From: Candidatus Adlerbacteria bacterium
GTDB taxonomy: Bacteria; Patescibacteriota; Minisyncoccia; Phycocordibacterales; SBAW01
Assembly: GCA_029288895.1 (NCBI GenBank)
Contig: JARIGK010000004.1
Span: 241,866 to 298,336 of the forward strand
Length of the DNA: 56,471 bases
Direction of reading: 5' to 3'
In this document: piece after piece, positions 34,088-41,889 of the stretch
Numbering within the stretch: position 1 is the stretch's first letter
Layout of the letters: each line of letters starts with the position of its first letter
Notes under the pieces: generated by a model
Database searches by the model: none
What the model was told of the DNA's origin: nothing
The model's input: the letters and a program-made list of their open reading frames with translations, nothing else
Program-made: the position numbers and the translations under genes

Positions 34088-35182
34088 TTACTTCTTGTCG
34101 CCGGCGAATGCGAGAGCCATGCGCATCTCCTTCGGGTCAAAGAGGGAAATAGTGAATGGGTAGCGCTTGCCGAGTTCGAGTGTGCCGCGGAGTTTGTCTT
34201 CGCCGCCGAACTCAGAGACGTGTACCAAGCCCGCGATGCCTTCTTCGATAGAAGCCAATGCGCCGTGCTTGTTAAATTTGATGACAACGCCTTCGACGCG
34301 GTCGCCCTTCTTGTACTTGTCTGCCGATTCCATCCATGGGTTAGCCTTGAGTGCCTTAACCGAGAGAGAAATCTTCCCTTCCTTAATATCGATAATTTTG
34401 ACGCGAACCTGATCGCCAACTTTGAAGAAGTGGCGAGGGTCGTCAACGAGGCCCCAGTCGATTTCCGAGATGTGGACCAAGCCTTCCAACCCTTCCTGCA
34501 ACTTCACGAAGACACCAAAGTCCACCATACCGGTAACTTCGCCGTCTGCGACATCGCCAACTTGGTAGTTTGCGATAAGTTCTTTCTTCTCTTTATCATC
34601 AGCACCCTTTTCCGAGAAGATAAGTTTACCTTCCTTCGGGATTGCTGAAATAAGCGAGACAGCAAGCTTCTGGCCTACCAATTTGCGGAGCTCGTCCAAG
34701 ATCTTGTCCTTGTCGGCATCAGCAACGCGAGGGTAGTGCTCGGCTTTAAGCTGCGATGCAGGGAGGAAGCCCGCGATGCCCTGCCATTCCAAGATAAGGC
34801 CGCCCTTGTTTGCTTCTTTGACTGCAAGTTCGAACTGAGTTTTGTTTTTAACTGCATCTTCTGCCTCGGCCCAGATGATAGCCTGGCGTGCTTCCTTAAG
34901 CGAAAGCTCGATGTAGCCGTCCTTGGTGTCTGTGGAGATGACCTTTGCCTGGACGGTGTCGCCAATGTTGACGCGCTTGATCACTTCGCGCGCGTTCATG
35001 TACTCGCGGCCAAAGATGACGCCGGTACCAAACGGAGGCAAGTCGATGTAGAGGCGTGCGCGGTCGAGCGCCAATACGGTGCCTTCAATAATATCGCCGT
35101 CCTTCGGAGGCATTTGTGCCTGCTCGGCGAACATCGCCATTACAGACGAGGGGATAGAACCTTCTTCGAGTTTCTCTGCCAT
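34088..35182 (-). CDS. rpsA: 30S ribosomal protein S1 (4 S1 domains)
   Basis: Repeated S1 OB-fold pattern (G..V.G.V....RLYIDL, GDVADGEVTGMVDFGVFVKL, GDRVEGVVIKFNKHGALASI). Confidence 0.9.
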   Translation of the reverse strand: MAEKLEEGSIPSSVMAMFAEQAQMPPKDGDIIEGTVLALDRARLYIDLPPFGTGVIFGREYMNAREVIKRVNIGDTVQAKVISTDTKDGYIELSLKEARQAIIWAEAEDAVKNKTQFELAVKEANKGGLILEWQGIAGFLPASQLKAEHYPRVADADKDKILDELRKLVGQKLAVSLISAIPKEGKLIFSEKGADDKEKKELIANYQVGDVADGEVTGMVDFGVFVKLQEGLEGLVHISEIDWGLVDDPRHFFKVGDQVRVKIIDIKEGKISLSVKALKANPWMESADKYKKGDRVEGVVIKFNKHGALASIEEGIAGLVHVSEFGGEDKLRGTLELGKRYPFTISLFDPKEMRMALAFAGDKK

Positions 35183-35289
35183 AAACTACTATTTAATTGT
35201 CAGGTGAGTCCTCCGCATACGGCCAGCAGAGATTAATCTCACCCTCGCTAATAAAAAGCCAAATAATAAGGCGCTTTCTATTGCCGCAC

Positions 35290-35318
35290 ACTATATATAA
35301 AAAGAGAGGATTTAGCAA
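35290..35318 (-). promoter_or_regulatory. candidate rpsA promoter TTGCTA-17-TATAGT (leader of roughly 100 nt)
   Basis: The minus strand reads ttgctaaatcctctctttttatatatagt. Confidence 0.5.
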
Positions 35319-35333
35319 GGATATAAAGTAGAA

Positions 35334-35355
35334 CCCCTGCCAGTAAAGGCAGGGG
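35334..35355 (-). terminator. terminator of island unit c
   Basis: cccctgcc-agtaaa-ggcagggg. On the minus strand it is followed by ttctacttta. Confidence 0.6.
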
Positions 35356-35565
35356 CGGGTTAGAGAAACGGGACCGGCGGTTAGCGCCAGTGGTGAAGGG
35401 GTCAGCGAGGCTTGGGACGACGCTGATGTCTCGGTCGATCTCGGAGGGCTACTCCGTTCAGCCAGCCGGTAGGCTTAGATCTCTTTGACGAACGCGCGTT
35501 TCATCGGCATCTCCCTAAAATGGTTGATGATCTGGTGACACATGCATCCGGAGTACCGGGGCCAC
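35356..35565 (-). ncRNA. island unit c: a short transcript with a 9-codon ORF (complement 35475..35504, MKRAFVKEI) followed by ~120 nt of GC-rich sequence with no ORF
   Basis: Bounded by promoter TTGCAT-16-TATTGT and the hairpin at 35334. SD GGGAGA lies 5 nt before the ATG. No ATG/GTG/TTG-initiated ORF is seen between the TAA and the terminator. Confidence 0.35.
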
Positions 35566-35571
35566 GCCTCA

Positions 35572-35599
35572 ACAATAGCAAGGCGCGCAATCCATGCAA
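35572..35599 (-). promoter_or_regulatory. promoter of unit c, TTGCAT-16-TATTGT
   Basis: The minus strand reads ttgcatggattgcgcgccttgctattgt. Confidence 0.45.
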
Positions 35600-35621
35600 G
35601 AGCTTGAAGGTGGAAAAAGAA

Positions 35622-35647
35622 AAGCCCGCGTCATAAAGACGGGGCTT
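35622..35647 (-). terminator. rho-independent terminator of unit b
   Basis: aagccc(g)cgtc-ataaa-gacggggctt. On the minus strand it is followed by tctttttcc. Confidence 0.7.
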
Positions 35648-35670
35648 AAGTGCGGCAGGGGTGCCGAGGG

Positions 35671-35838
35671 TCAGGCAGCCTCTTGCATCTGTTGCTGATG
35701 CTCAGCGCTGTAGCGCTCCTTCTGCTGCTGTTGCCACAGTGGCCTCGGCGCCGGCGGCCGTTTCGCTGCTGCGCCACCAGGCTTTTTGGGGTCCGGTTCG
35801 TCGAACCGCGAAGCAGCCATGCTGTCGTGATCGTCCAA
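35671..35838 (-). CDS. island unit b: 55-aa hydrophilic Pro/Gln/Ala-rich protein (TTG start; 49 aa if the ATG at 35820 is used)
   Basis: SD GAAGGAGA lies 7 nt before the TTG. (M)DDHDSMAASRFDEPDPKKPGGAAAKRPPAPRPLWQQQQKERYSAEHQQQMQEAA. It has its own promoter and terminator. Confidence 0.5.
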   Translation of the reverse strand: MDDHDSMAASRFDEPDPKKPGGAAAKRPPAPRPLWQQQQKERYSAEHQQQMQEAA

Positions 35839-35872
35839 TGTGCTATCTCCTTCAAAAAATGACGAGACAGAC

Positions 35873-35901
35873 ACTATACTCGACTCGATTTTCGTGGTCA
35901 A
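35873..35901 (-). promoter_or_regulatory. promoter of unit b, TTGACC-17-TATAGT
   Basis: The minus strand reads ttgaccacgaaaatcgagtcgagtatagt. Confidence 0.6.
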
Positions 35902-35930
35902 GCTGAGCCAAGAATTCATAAAAAGCAGAA

Positions 35931-35961
35931 CCCCCTCGCAAGACCGAAGTCTTGGAGGGGG
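35931..35961 (-). terminator. rho-independent terminator of unit a
   Basis: ccccctc(g)caagac-cgaa-gtcttggaggggg. On the minus strand it is followed by ttctgcttttt. Confidence 0.75.
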
Positions 35962-35997
35962 CGGTTGGCCGGCGTTAGCCGACACAGGGGTTGAAGA

Positions 35998-36147
35998 TCA
36001 GGCGATCGCGCCGGCCGCCACCGCGACGGTGGTGCCCAGCACGCCGGCGCCGAAGTGCGCGCGGCCGACCTGGTCGTACTTGGAGCCCAGAACTTTCAAA
36101 CTCTTGCCGACGAACTGCGGCGGGCCGTGGAAGGAACGACGGTTCAT
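35998..36147 (-). CDS. island unit a: 49-aa peptide with a basic N-terminus and a Gly/Ala-zipper hydrophobic C-terminus
   Basis: Hand translation: MNRRSFHGPPQFVGKSLKVLGSKYDQVGRAHFGAGVLGTTVAVAAGAIA. SD GGAGG lies 5 nt before the ATG. Third codon positions are almost all G/C. It is below the 60-aa cutoff of the ORF track. Confidence 0.55.
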   Translation of the reverse strand: MNRRSFHGPPQFVGKSLKVLGSKYDQVGRAHFGAGVLGTTVAVAAGAIA

Positions 36148-36191
36148 GAGAACCTCCATGTGTGCCACGCGGGAATGCGTGAGCGCTTAAA

Positions 36192-36219
36192 ATATTACAC
36201 GCCCCAACTTTGGCGTCAA
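36192..36219 (-). promoter_or_regulatory. promoter of unit a, TTGACG-16-TAATAT
   Basis: The minus strand reads ttgacgccaaagttggggcgtgtaatat. Confidence 0.55.
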
Positions 36220-36277
36220 GTCAAGCTCTGGGGGCAGGGAAATAAGCCCCAAATTGCTGCATTTTTAGCTCAGTTCG

Positions 36278-36286
36278 TGATATAAT
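36278..36286 (+). promoter_or_regulatory. extended -10 TGaTATAAT, 8 nt before ATG 36295
   Basis: TGaTATAATagaggtatATG. Confidence 0.6.
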
Positions 36287-36294
36287 AGAGGTAT

Positions 36295-36915
36295 ATGGTC
36301 ATCAGCTACTTTGGCGGTGAGTGTTTTAAAATTTCTCAAGGCGATTTGACCTTGGCATTCAACCTCCCATCAAAAAACTCAAAACAAAAGAGCGTTAAGT
36401 TCGGCTCGGACATCGTGCTTGTCTCCCAAGACCATGAAGACTTCAACGGCATCGAAAGTGCGAGCTTCGGCGAGCGTGCGCCGTTTGTTATCAAAGGCCC
36501 GGGCGAGTACGAAGTAAAAGAAGTTGCTGTCCGCGGCTTTGGCTCGGAAACCAACTACGGCGGTGGCGCACACATCAATACTATTTATGGTGTGGCATTT
36601 GAAGGGATGAACTTGTGCTTCTTGGGCTCGCTTGGCACCACAGAACTGCCCGCATCTGCCAAGCAAGAGCTCGATAATATCGACATTCTCTTTTTGCCGA
36701 TTGGCGGCGAGGGTGTATTGGACTACTCGGCGGCCTACAAATTGGCCGTACAGCTCGAACCAAAGGCTATTATCCCAATGCACTATGACGCTGGCGCACT
36801 CAAATCATTTTTGAAGGAAGCGGGCGCAGAAAAAGTCGAGCCGATTGAAAAGCTCACGGTCAAGAAAAAAGATTTGGAGGGCAAAGAGGCTGAGATCGTC
36901 GTCCTTTCTGCATAA
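36295..36915 (+). CDS. MBL-fold metal-dependent hydrolase (UPF0173-like)
   Basis: ISYFGGECFKI, DIVLVSQDHEDFNG, LFLPIGGEGVLD, AIIPMHYD. Confidence 0.75.
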   Translation: MVISYFGGECFKISQGDLTLAFNLPSKNSKQKSVKFGSDIVLVSQDHEDFNGIESASFGERAPFVIKGPGEYEVKEVAVRGFGSETNYGGGAHINTIYGVAFEGMNLCFLGSLGTTELPASAKQELDNIDILFLPIGGEGVLDYSAAYKLAVQLEPKAIIPMHYDAGALKSFLKEAGAEKVEPIEKLTVKKKDLEGKEAEIVVLSA

Positions 36916-36916
36916 T

Positions 36917-37240
36917 ATGATCAAGCGTTACCTAAACCACGTTCGTTCCAAACAGCCGCATCACCGCCGCCAGCACGCAGCACAGGTCGCAGGCGTGCTC
37001 ACAATAGTGGCGTTTGTTATTTGGATCACGACGCTGCCATTGCGCTTTGGCGGCACAGGGCAGGTTGCGGGTGCGGCAGACAGCTTGAACGCGTCTGACA
37101 ACCAAACCATGCTTGCTGGTGCTGCGGGCCGCGATTATGCGAATAGCACGGACGGCACAACAGACGACGGCAGCGGCGTCCAGGTTGTGGGCACGAGCAC
37201 GGCGGGTGATACTACCTCGAGCCAATTCAGTAATTACTAA
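36917..37240 (+). CDS. hypothetical membrane-anchored protein (107 aa)
   Basis: Start moved to ATG 36917, 1 nt after the upstream stop. TM helix VAGVLTIVAFVIWITTL and a low-complexity tail. Confidence 0.5.
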   Translation: MIKRYLNHVRSKQPHHRRQHAAQVAGVLTIVAFVIWITTLPLRFGGTGQVAGAADSLNASDNQTMLAGAAGRDYANSTDGTTDDGSGVQVVGTSTAGDTTSSQFSNY

Positions 37241-37249
37241 ACGACGTAT

Positions 37250-39706
37250 ATGGCAGACGAAGAAACAAACAAAAGTGAAAAGGGCATCGTTGCACGCAAC
37301 ATCTCGGCAGAAATGCGCGAGGCGTACTTGGACTACGCGATGTCTGTCATCACGTCGCGCGCCTTGCCTGACGTCCGCGACGGCTTGAAGCCTGTGCACC
37401 GCCGCATCCTCTACACCATGCACCGCCTCGGTCTTTCGCCGGGCAGCCGCTTCCGCAAATCGGCATTGGTGGTCGGTGACGTGCTTGGTAAGTACCACCC
37501 GCACGGCGATGTTGCCGTGTACGACGCGATGGTAAAAATGGCGCAGGACTTTTCGATGCGCTACCCGCTGATTTTGGGCCAAGGTAACTTTGGTTCTATC
37601 GACGGCGACGGCGCCGCTGCTATGCGCTACACCGAAGCCAAGATGTCGCGCGTGTCCGAACTCCTTTTGACTGACTTGGAGAAGGACACGGTCAACTGGC
37701 GCCCCAACTACGACGCAACCTTGCAAGAGCCGGAAGTCTTGCCTGCAGCCGTGCCCAACATTTTGCTTAACGGTACGCTCGGCATCGCCGTGGGTATGGC
37801 AACGTCCATCCCGCCGCACAACCTCACCGAGGTAACGAACGCGCTCACACATTTGATTGAAAACCCCGACGCCACCACCGAGGATTTGATGGAGTTTATC
37901 TCGGGCCCCGACTTCCCAACAGGCGCAATCGCATTTAACAAAAAAGATTTGTTGCACGCGTATTCGACAGGCAAGGGCGGCGTTGTTACGCGCGGCCATG
38001 CAGAAATTGTCGAAGGCAAAAAAGGCGATTTCCAGATTGTCATTACGTCTATTCCGTACCGCGTCAACAAAGCCGACCTTATTATGCGCATGGCCGACTT
38101 GGTCCGCGACAAAAAATTGGAAGGTATCCGCGGCTTGCGCGACGAATCAACCAAAGACATCCGCATCGTTGTCGAGTTGAAGGGCGGCGCACACCCGCAA
38201 AAGGTGTTGAACTATTTGTACAAGCACACAGCGCTCGAAGATACGTTCCACTTCAACATGGTCGTGCTTGCAGATGGCGTGCCGCAGACGATGTCTCTCA
38301 AGGGCATCTTGGAGGAGTTCATCAAGCACCGCCGCGAGGTTGTGAAGCGCCGCACCGAGTTTGATTTGAAGAAGGCGCAAGAACGCGAGCACATTTTGCT
38401 CGGTCTCACCAAGGCGCTCGACCATATCGACGAGGTTATTAAAGTCATCCGTGCATCAAAGGATGTTAACGAGGCAGAAGTAAACCTCATCAAGAAATTT
38501 AAATTTACCGAAATCCAGGCAAAGGCAATTTTGGAAATGCGCCTGTCGCGCTTGGCAAACCTCGAGCGCAAGAAAGTCGAAGATGAGTTGGACGAGGTCC
38601 AGGCTCGCATCAAAGAGTGGACGGCACTCCTCGGGAGCGACAAGAAGATGCTTGGCGTCGTGAAGGATGAAATTGCTGCAGCGCAGCAGCGCTTTGCCGA
38701 TGACCGAAAAACTAAAGTGATGAAGGGTGCCGCAGGCATCATCAATGTCGAAGACTTGGTTGCCGACGAAGAGCAGGTCTTGGTGCTTACCGCGGGCGGC
38801 TACGTCAAACGCACCAACCCAGAAGAGTACCGCCGTCAGAAGCGCGGTGGCGTGGGTGTGATTGACCTCAATACCAAAGAAGAAGACTTTGTGACGACGT
38901 TCCTTACGACGTCGACGCACTCGGACCTCCTCTTCTTCTCTGACTTGGGCAAAGCGTACCAAATCAAGATGTACGACATCCCAGAAGGCAAACGCTCAAC
39001 AAAAGGCAAGGCGGTGGTGAACTTCCTTTCTATTACCGATGCAGAGAAGATCTCGTCGGTGTTGCCGATGCGCAAAACGCAGAAGGAAGGCGAACGCTTC
39101 CTTTATATGATCACCAAACAAGGTGTTGCCAAGAAAGTTGATGCAATATCGTTCCACGATGTGCGCCGCAACGGCCTCCTTGCAATCAAACTCCAGAAGG
39201 GCGATGAGCTTATCGCAGCATTGTTGGTAGAGAAGGGGGATGAAATCTTCCTCTCGTCTGCAAAGGGCCAGAGCATCCGCTTTAAAGAAGGCGACATCCG
39301 CCCAATGGGCCGCGCTGCAGGCGGCGTCCGCGCGATGAAATTGGGTGCAGGCGACGTCATTGTCGGCGCCGATGTGATACCGAAGGGTGCCAAAGGCATC
39401 GAAGTGCTTGTCGTCTCAAAGAACGGCTACGGTAAAGCTACAGAAATTGGCGAGTACAAAGTACAGAACCGCGGCGGCTCGGGCATCAAGACCATGCAGA
39501 TCACGACCAAGACCGGCCCGCTGATTACCTCGCGCCTCATCAACCGCGGCGAAGGTGGCGAAGAAGAAATCGTCGTCATCTCCAAAAAAGGCCAGGTCAT
39601 CCGCACAGGCCTCGATGAAATCAAAACCCAATCTCGCTCCACCCAAGGCGTCCGCATCATGAAACTCCGCGACGCCGACGCAATCGCCAGCTTCGTGTGT
39701 CTCTAA
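37250..39706 (+). CDS. gyrA: DNA gyrase subunit A
   Basis: [34 protein letters not shown]-terminal beta-pinwheel repeats. There is no gyrB in the window. Confidence 0.97.
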   Translation: MADEETNKSEKGIVARNISAEMREAYLDYAMSVITSRALPDVRDGLKPVHRRILYTMHRLGLSPGSRFRKSALVVGDVLGKYHPHGDVAVYDAMVKMAQDFSMRYPLILGQGNFGSIDGDGAAAMRYTEAKMSRVSELLLTDLEKDTVNWRPNYDATLQEPEVLPAAVPNILLNGTLGIAVGMATSIPPHNLTEVTNALTHLIENPDATTEDLMEFISGPDFPTGAIAFNKKDLLHAYSTGKGGVVTRGHAEIVEGKKGDFQIVITSIPYRVNKADLIMRMADLVRDKKLEGIRGLRDESTKDIRIVVELKGGAHPQKVLNYLYKHTALEDTFHFNMVVLADGVPQTMSLKGILEEFIKHRREVVKRRTEFDLKKAQEREHILLGLTKALDHIDEVIKVIRASKDVNEAEVNLIKKFKFTEIQAKAILEMRLSRLANLERKKVEDELDEVQARIKEWTALLGSDKKMLGVVKDEIAAAQQRFADDRKTKVMKGAAGIINVEDLVADEEQVLVLTAGGYVKRTNPEEYRRQKRGGVGVIDLNTKEEDFVTTFLTTSTHSDLLFFSDLGKAYQIKMYDIPEGKRSTKGKAVVNFLSITDAEKISSVLPMRKTQKEGERFLYMITKQGVAKKVDAISFHDVRRNGLLAIKLQKGDELIAALLVEKGDEIFLSSAKGQSIRFKEGDIRPMGRAAGGVRAMKLGAGDVIVGADVIPKGAKGIEVLVVSKNGYGKATEIGEYKVQNRGGSGIKTMQITTKTGPLITSRLINRGEGGEEEIVVISKKGQVIRTGLDEIKTQSRSTQGVRIMKLRDADAIASFVCL

Positions 39707-39712
39707 GAGACT

Positions 39713-40117
39713 ATGTGTCCATTTTGTGATCCAAAAGATAGGGTATTGAAGGAGAATGAATATGCGTACGTGCTTTTGAGCAATCCACGCAAAGTGGAGG
39801 GGCATTTTTTGGTGATACCTAAACGGCATGTTGAAAAACCGTGGGAGATGAACGGTGAAGAAGCGTCAGCAGTAATGGAGCTTATCTTTTTCGTGCAGAA
39901 GAAGTTCGAACAGAAGTTAGGTGGTGGCTCCAACGTGCGTGAAAATTATATGCCGTTCTTGCCACAAGGCAGAACAAAAGTGAATCATGTGCACTACCAC
40001 GTGTGGCCTCGGCAATTTGAGGACAGAATGTACCAGCTCGTCGATAAGCACGACAAACAGCTTTTTGAAGATCTGAGCGAAGAAGAGCACGATCGCGCCG
40101 CAAAGTTACTAGATTAG
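39713..40117 (+). CDS. HIT-family protein
   Basis: GHFLVIPKRHV and the histidine triad VNHVHYHVWP. Confidence 0.85.
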   Translation: MCPFCDPKDRVLKENEYAYVLLSNPRKVEGHFLVIPKRHVEKPWEMNGEEASAVMELIFFVQKKFEQKLGGGSNVRENYMPFLPQGRTKVNHVHYHVWPRQFEDRMYQLVDKHDKQLFEDLSEEEHDRAAKLLD

Positions 40118-40134
40118 ATCTGAGCCCTGCTTAT

Positions 40135-40362
40135 ATGTCCCATCCTCAACCTGGAGAAACATATCGTCACTACAAGAAAGGTGATTTGTACGAAGTGGTG
40201 GGGATGGCGCTTAGCTCGGAGGATGAATGGACGGTGGTGTATAAGGCTCTGTACGAAAACCCGGCAGCAGGGATGTTTGTTCGCCCAGTAAAAGAATGGA
40301 GCGAAGATGTCGAGTGGCCACAGGGTAGCGGCACATTTGTAAAACGGTTTAGTAAAGTTTGA
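40135..40362 (+). CDS. DUF1653 family protein
   Basis: GETYRHYKKGDLYEVVGMALSSEDEWTVVYKALY. Confidence 0.75.
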   Translation: MSHPQPGETYRHYKKGDLYEVVGMALSSEDEWTVVYKALYENPAAGMFVRPVKEWSEDVEWPQGSGTFVKRFSKV

Positions 40363-40413
40363 TTTCGAGGACCGTCCTTGATATACAGAGGAGCCTTGAT
40401 TCTTTTTGGGATG

Positions 40414-40434
40414 CGTAGTTAAGTTGTGGAGGAA
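40414..40434 (+). repeat. 21-nt leader repeat, copy 1 (cgtagttaagttgtggaggaa)
   Basis: Identical to 40754..40774, exactly 340 nt downstream. It contains a -10-like TTAAGT and an SD GGAGG. Confidence 0.9.
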
Positions 40435-40446
40435 AGGAAGGTTCTC

Positions 40447-40701
40447 GTGCTAAATAAAATCCTTCAGGCGCGTGGTGTCGAGGCAGCGCGGTACGCTATA
40501 CGGTTCTCCTTAGTGGGGATACCGTGTGCAGTTGCCACAGCGGTGCTGGTGTGGCTCTACATACAAGGCAAATTTGTGGGGCTTGCCGCGGACATTCTCC
40601 TGTATGTCTGCGTATTTGCCACGGGCATTAGTTGTTCTTGTGCAGCTGTGCTCGGACTCGTGTGCGTGCATTTCGTGCGCGTTCCCGACAGACGGTACTA
40701 A
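40447..40701 (+). CDS. small membrane protein (84 aa, GTG start)
   Basis: SD-rich leader GGAGGAAAGGAAGG, then 5 nt, then GTG. TM helices IPCAVATAVLVWLYI and LLYVCVFATGISCSCAAVLGLVCV. Confidence 0.5.
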   Translation: MLNKILQARGVEAARYAIRFSLVGIPCAVATAVLVWLYIQGKFVGLAADILLYVCVFATGISCSCAAVLGLVCVHFVRVPDRRY

Positions 40702-40723
40702 AGCGGACTACCCATGTCCGTTT
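40701..40723 (+). terminator. rho-independent terminator of cassette 1
   Basis: aagcggac-tacccat-gtccgtttttt. Confidence 0.7.
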
Positions 40724-40753
40724 TTTCTTTTTCACTTGCGTGGTCTGGCAATA

Positions 40754-40774
40754 CGTAGTTAAGTTGTGGAGGAA
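40754..40774 (+). repeat. 21-nt leader repeat, copy 2
   Basis: cgtagttaagttgtggaggaa. Confidence 0.9.
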
Positions 40775-40786
40775 GGGGAGGGTTCG

Positions 40787-41059
40787 ATGATCGCGCGTGA
40801 TTCTAAGGTCGAGAAGGATTATCCGGCCTTCGCTCGGAATCCTTGGTTCTGGGGAGGAGTCCTTTTTGCCTTGGCGGCCGTGTATCTCTACTTTGGCAAC
40901 ACGGCCTGGATGGGCACGGTTACCCCGTGGGGCAAGACAGTCCCAGTTTGGAGAATCCTGCTCTCCATATCTGCGGGCTTCTCCATGATCTTTTTTGCTG
41001 CAACGTTCACTGACTTGATCGGCCCGGACGATACAAAAGCAATGAACGACAACCACTGA
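40787..41059 (+). CDS. small membrane protein (90 aa)
   Basis: SD GGGAGGG, then 4 nt, then ATG. TM helices WFWGGVLFALAAVYLYF and ILLSISAGFSMIFFAATF. Confidence 0.5.
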   Translation: MIARDSKVEKDYPAFARNPWFWGGVLFALAAVYLYFGNTAWMGTVTPWGKTVPVWRILLSISAGFSMIFFAATFTDLIGPDDTKAMNDNH

Positions 41060-41080
41060 AGCGGACCAGACGGCCCGCTT
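41059..41080 (+). terminator. rho-independent terminator of cassette 2
   Basis: aagcgg(a)cc-agac-gg(c)ccgctttttt. Confidence 0.7.
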
Positions 41081-41142
41081 TTTTCTTTCCAAAAATTTTT
41101 AAATTCATGTAAGAATCATCCACTATATGCGTTATATAGAGT

Positions 41143-41301
41143 ATGAGACAAAAGGTCGAAGACAATTTAGGGGGCATCGGGGCGACCTCGGTCGCACTCG
41201 TTTTTGTATTGGTGTACTCGCTGTGGGGCTCGTTTGTTTTGCATAACGAAAAGGCGAAAGGGGTCGCGTCTTCGCAGCAACAAACACTCGCGGTGAAATA
41301 A
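41143..41301 (+). CDS. possible 52-aa single-TM protein (absent from the ORF track)
   Basis: Hand translation: MRQKVEDNLGGIGATSVALVFVLVYSLWGSFVLHNEKAKGVASSQQQTLAVK. No clear SD or -10 box. Confidence 0.3.
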   Translation: MRQKVEDNLGGIGATSVALVFVLVYSLWGSFVLHNEKAKGVASSQQQTLAVK

Positions 41302-41311
41302 AATCCTGCTG

Positions 41312-41317
41312 TACAAT
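41312..41317 (+). promoter_or_regulatory. -10 box TACAAT, 6 nt before ATG 41324
   Basis: TACAATaacgggATG. Confidence 0.45.
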
Positions 41318-41323
41318 AACGGG

Positions 41324-41869
41324 ATGGCAGAAGGGAGTTTTCTGAACCCGACGGAAACGCTCGAACAAGCGGGCATCCACGAGGGCATGCAAATCGCCGA
41401 CTTGGGCGCAGGCTCGGGCTTTTTTGCGCGCGCCGCGGCGCGCTTGGCAGGGGAGCATGGCGTCGTCTGGGCCGTGGATGTGCATCAAGACATGCTCCCG
41501 CGTTTAAAAAATCTTGCTGCGGCAGAAGGCCTGCACAATGTCGAAGTGATGCGCGGCGATATTGAAAGCGTCGGCGGCAGCAACTTGCCCGGCAACCATT
41601 TTGATTTTTGTATCCTCACCAATACGCTTTTTTGTACGCACAACAAGGCAGCAGCCGCAGCCGAAGTAAAACGCCTGCTCAAAGTAGGCGGTATGGCGCT
41701 TATTGTCGACTGGTCGGCGTCGTTTGGCGGCATGGGCCCAGCAAAAGAGCATGTCTACGGCGCCCGCGAGGCCAAGCAATTGTTTGAAGGGGCAGGCCTT
41801 TCGTGGGTCCGCGACATTTCTGCCGGTGCCTACCACTGGGGATTCCTCGTTCGCAAAAAAGGCGAGTAG
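41324..41869 (+). CDS. class I SAM-dependent methyltransferase
   Basis: Motif I IADLGAGSGFFARAAA, plus FDFCILTNTLF. Confidence 0.8.
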   Translation: MAEGSFLNPTETLEQAGIHEGMQIADLGAGSGFFARAAARLAGEHGVVWAVDVHQDMLPRLKNLAAAEGLHNVEVMRGDIESVGGSNLPGNHFDFCILTNTLFCTHNKAAAAAEVKRLLKVGGMALIVDWSASFGGMGPAKEHVYGAREAKQLFEGAGLSWVRDISAGAYHWGFLVRKKGE

Positions 41870-41889
41870 GCCGCACAATTGTCACAGAT

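Noticed and set aside
35840-36190. A 116-aa plus-strand ORF, the full 104-aa minus-strand ORF 35671..35985, and other ORFs in the rpsA-MBL gap.
   Set aside because: The plus-strand ORF has no start signals and is antisense to an SD-led small ORF. The 104-aa ORF reads through a terminator hairpin and a promoter. I kept only the SD-proximal portions.
36932-37999. A 355-aa ORF antisense to the 5' part of gyrA and the upstream gene.
   Set aside because: It is a shadow ORF with an Arg/Cys/His-rich low-information sequence and no start signals. It overlaps two well-supported plus-strand genes.
40411-41095. The possibility that the 340-nt periodic repeat is a CRISPR-like or other short-repeat array.
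   Set aside because: There are only two copies. The repeat is a promoter/RBS leader followed by ORFs and terminators, and there is no repeat-spacer structure.
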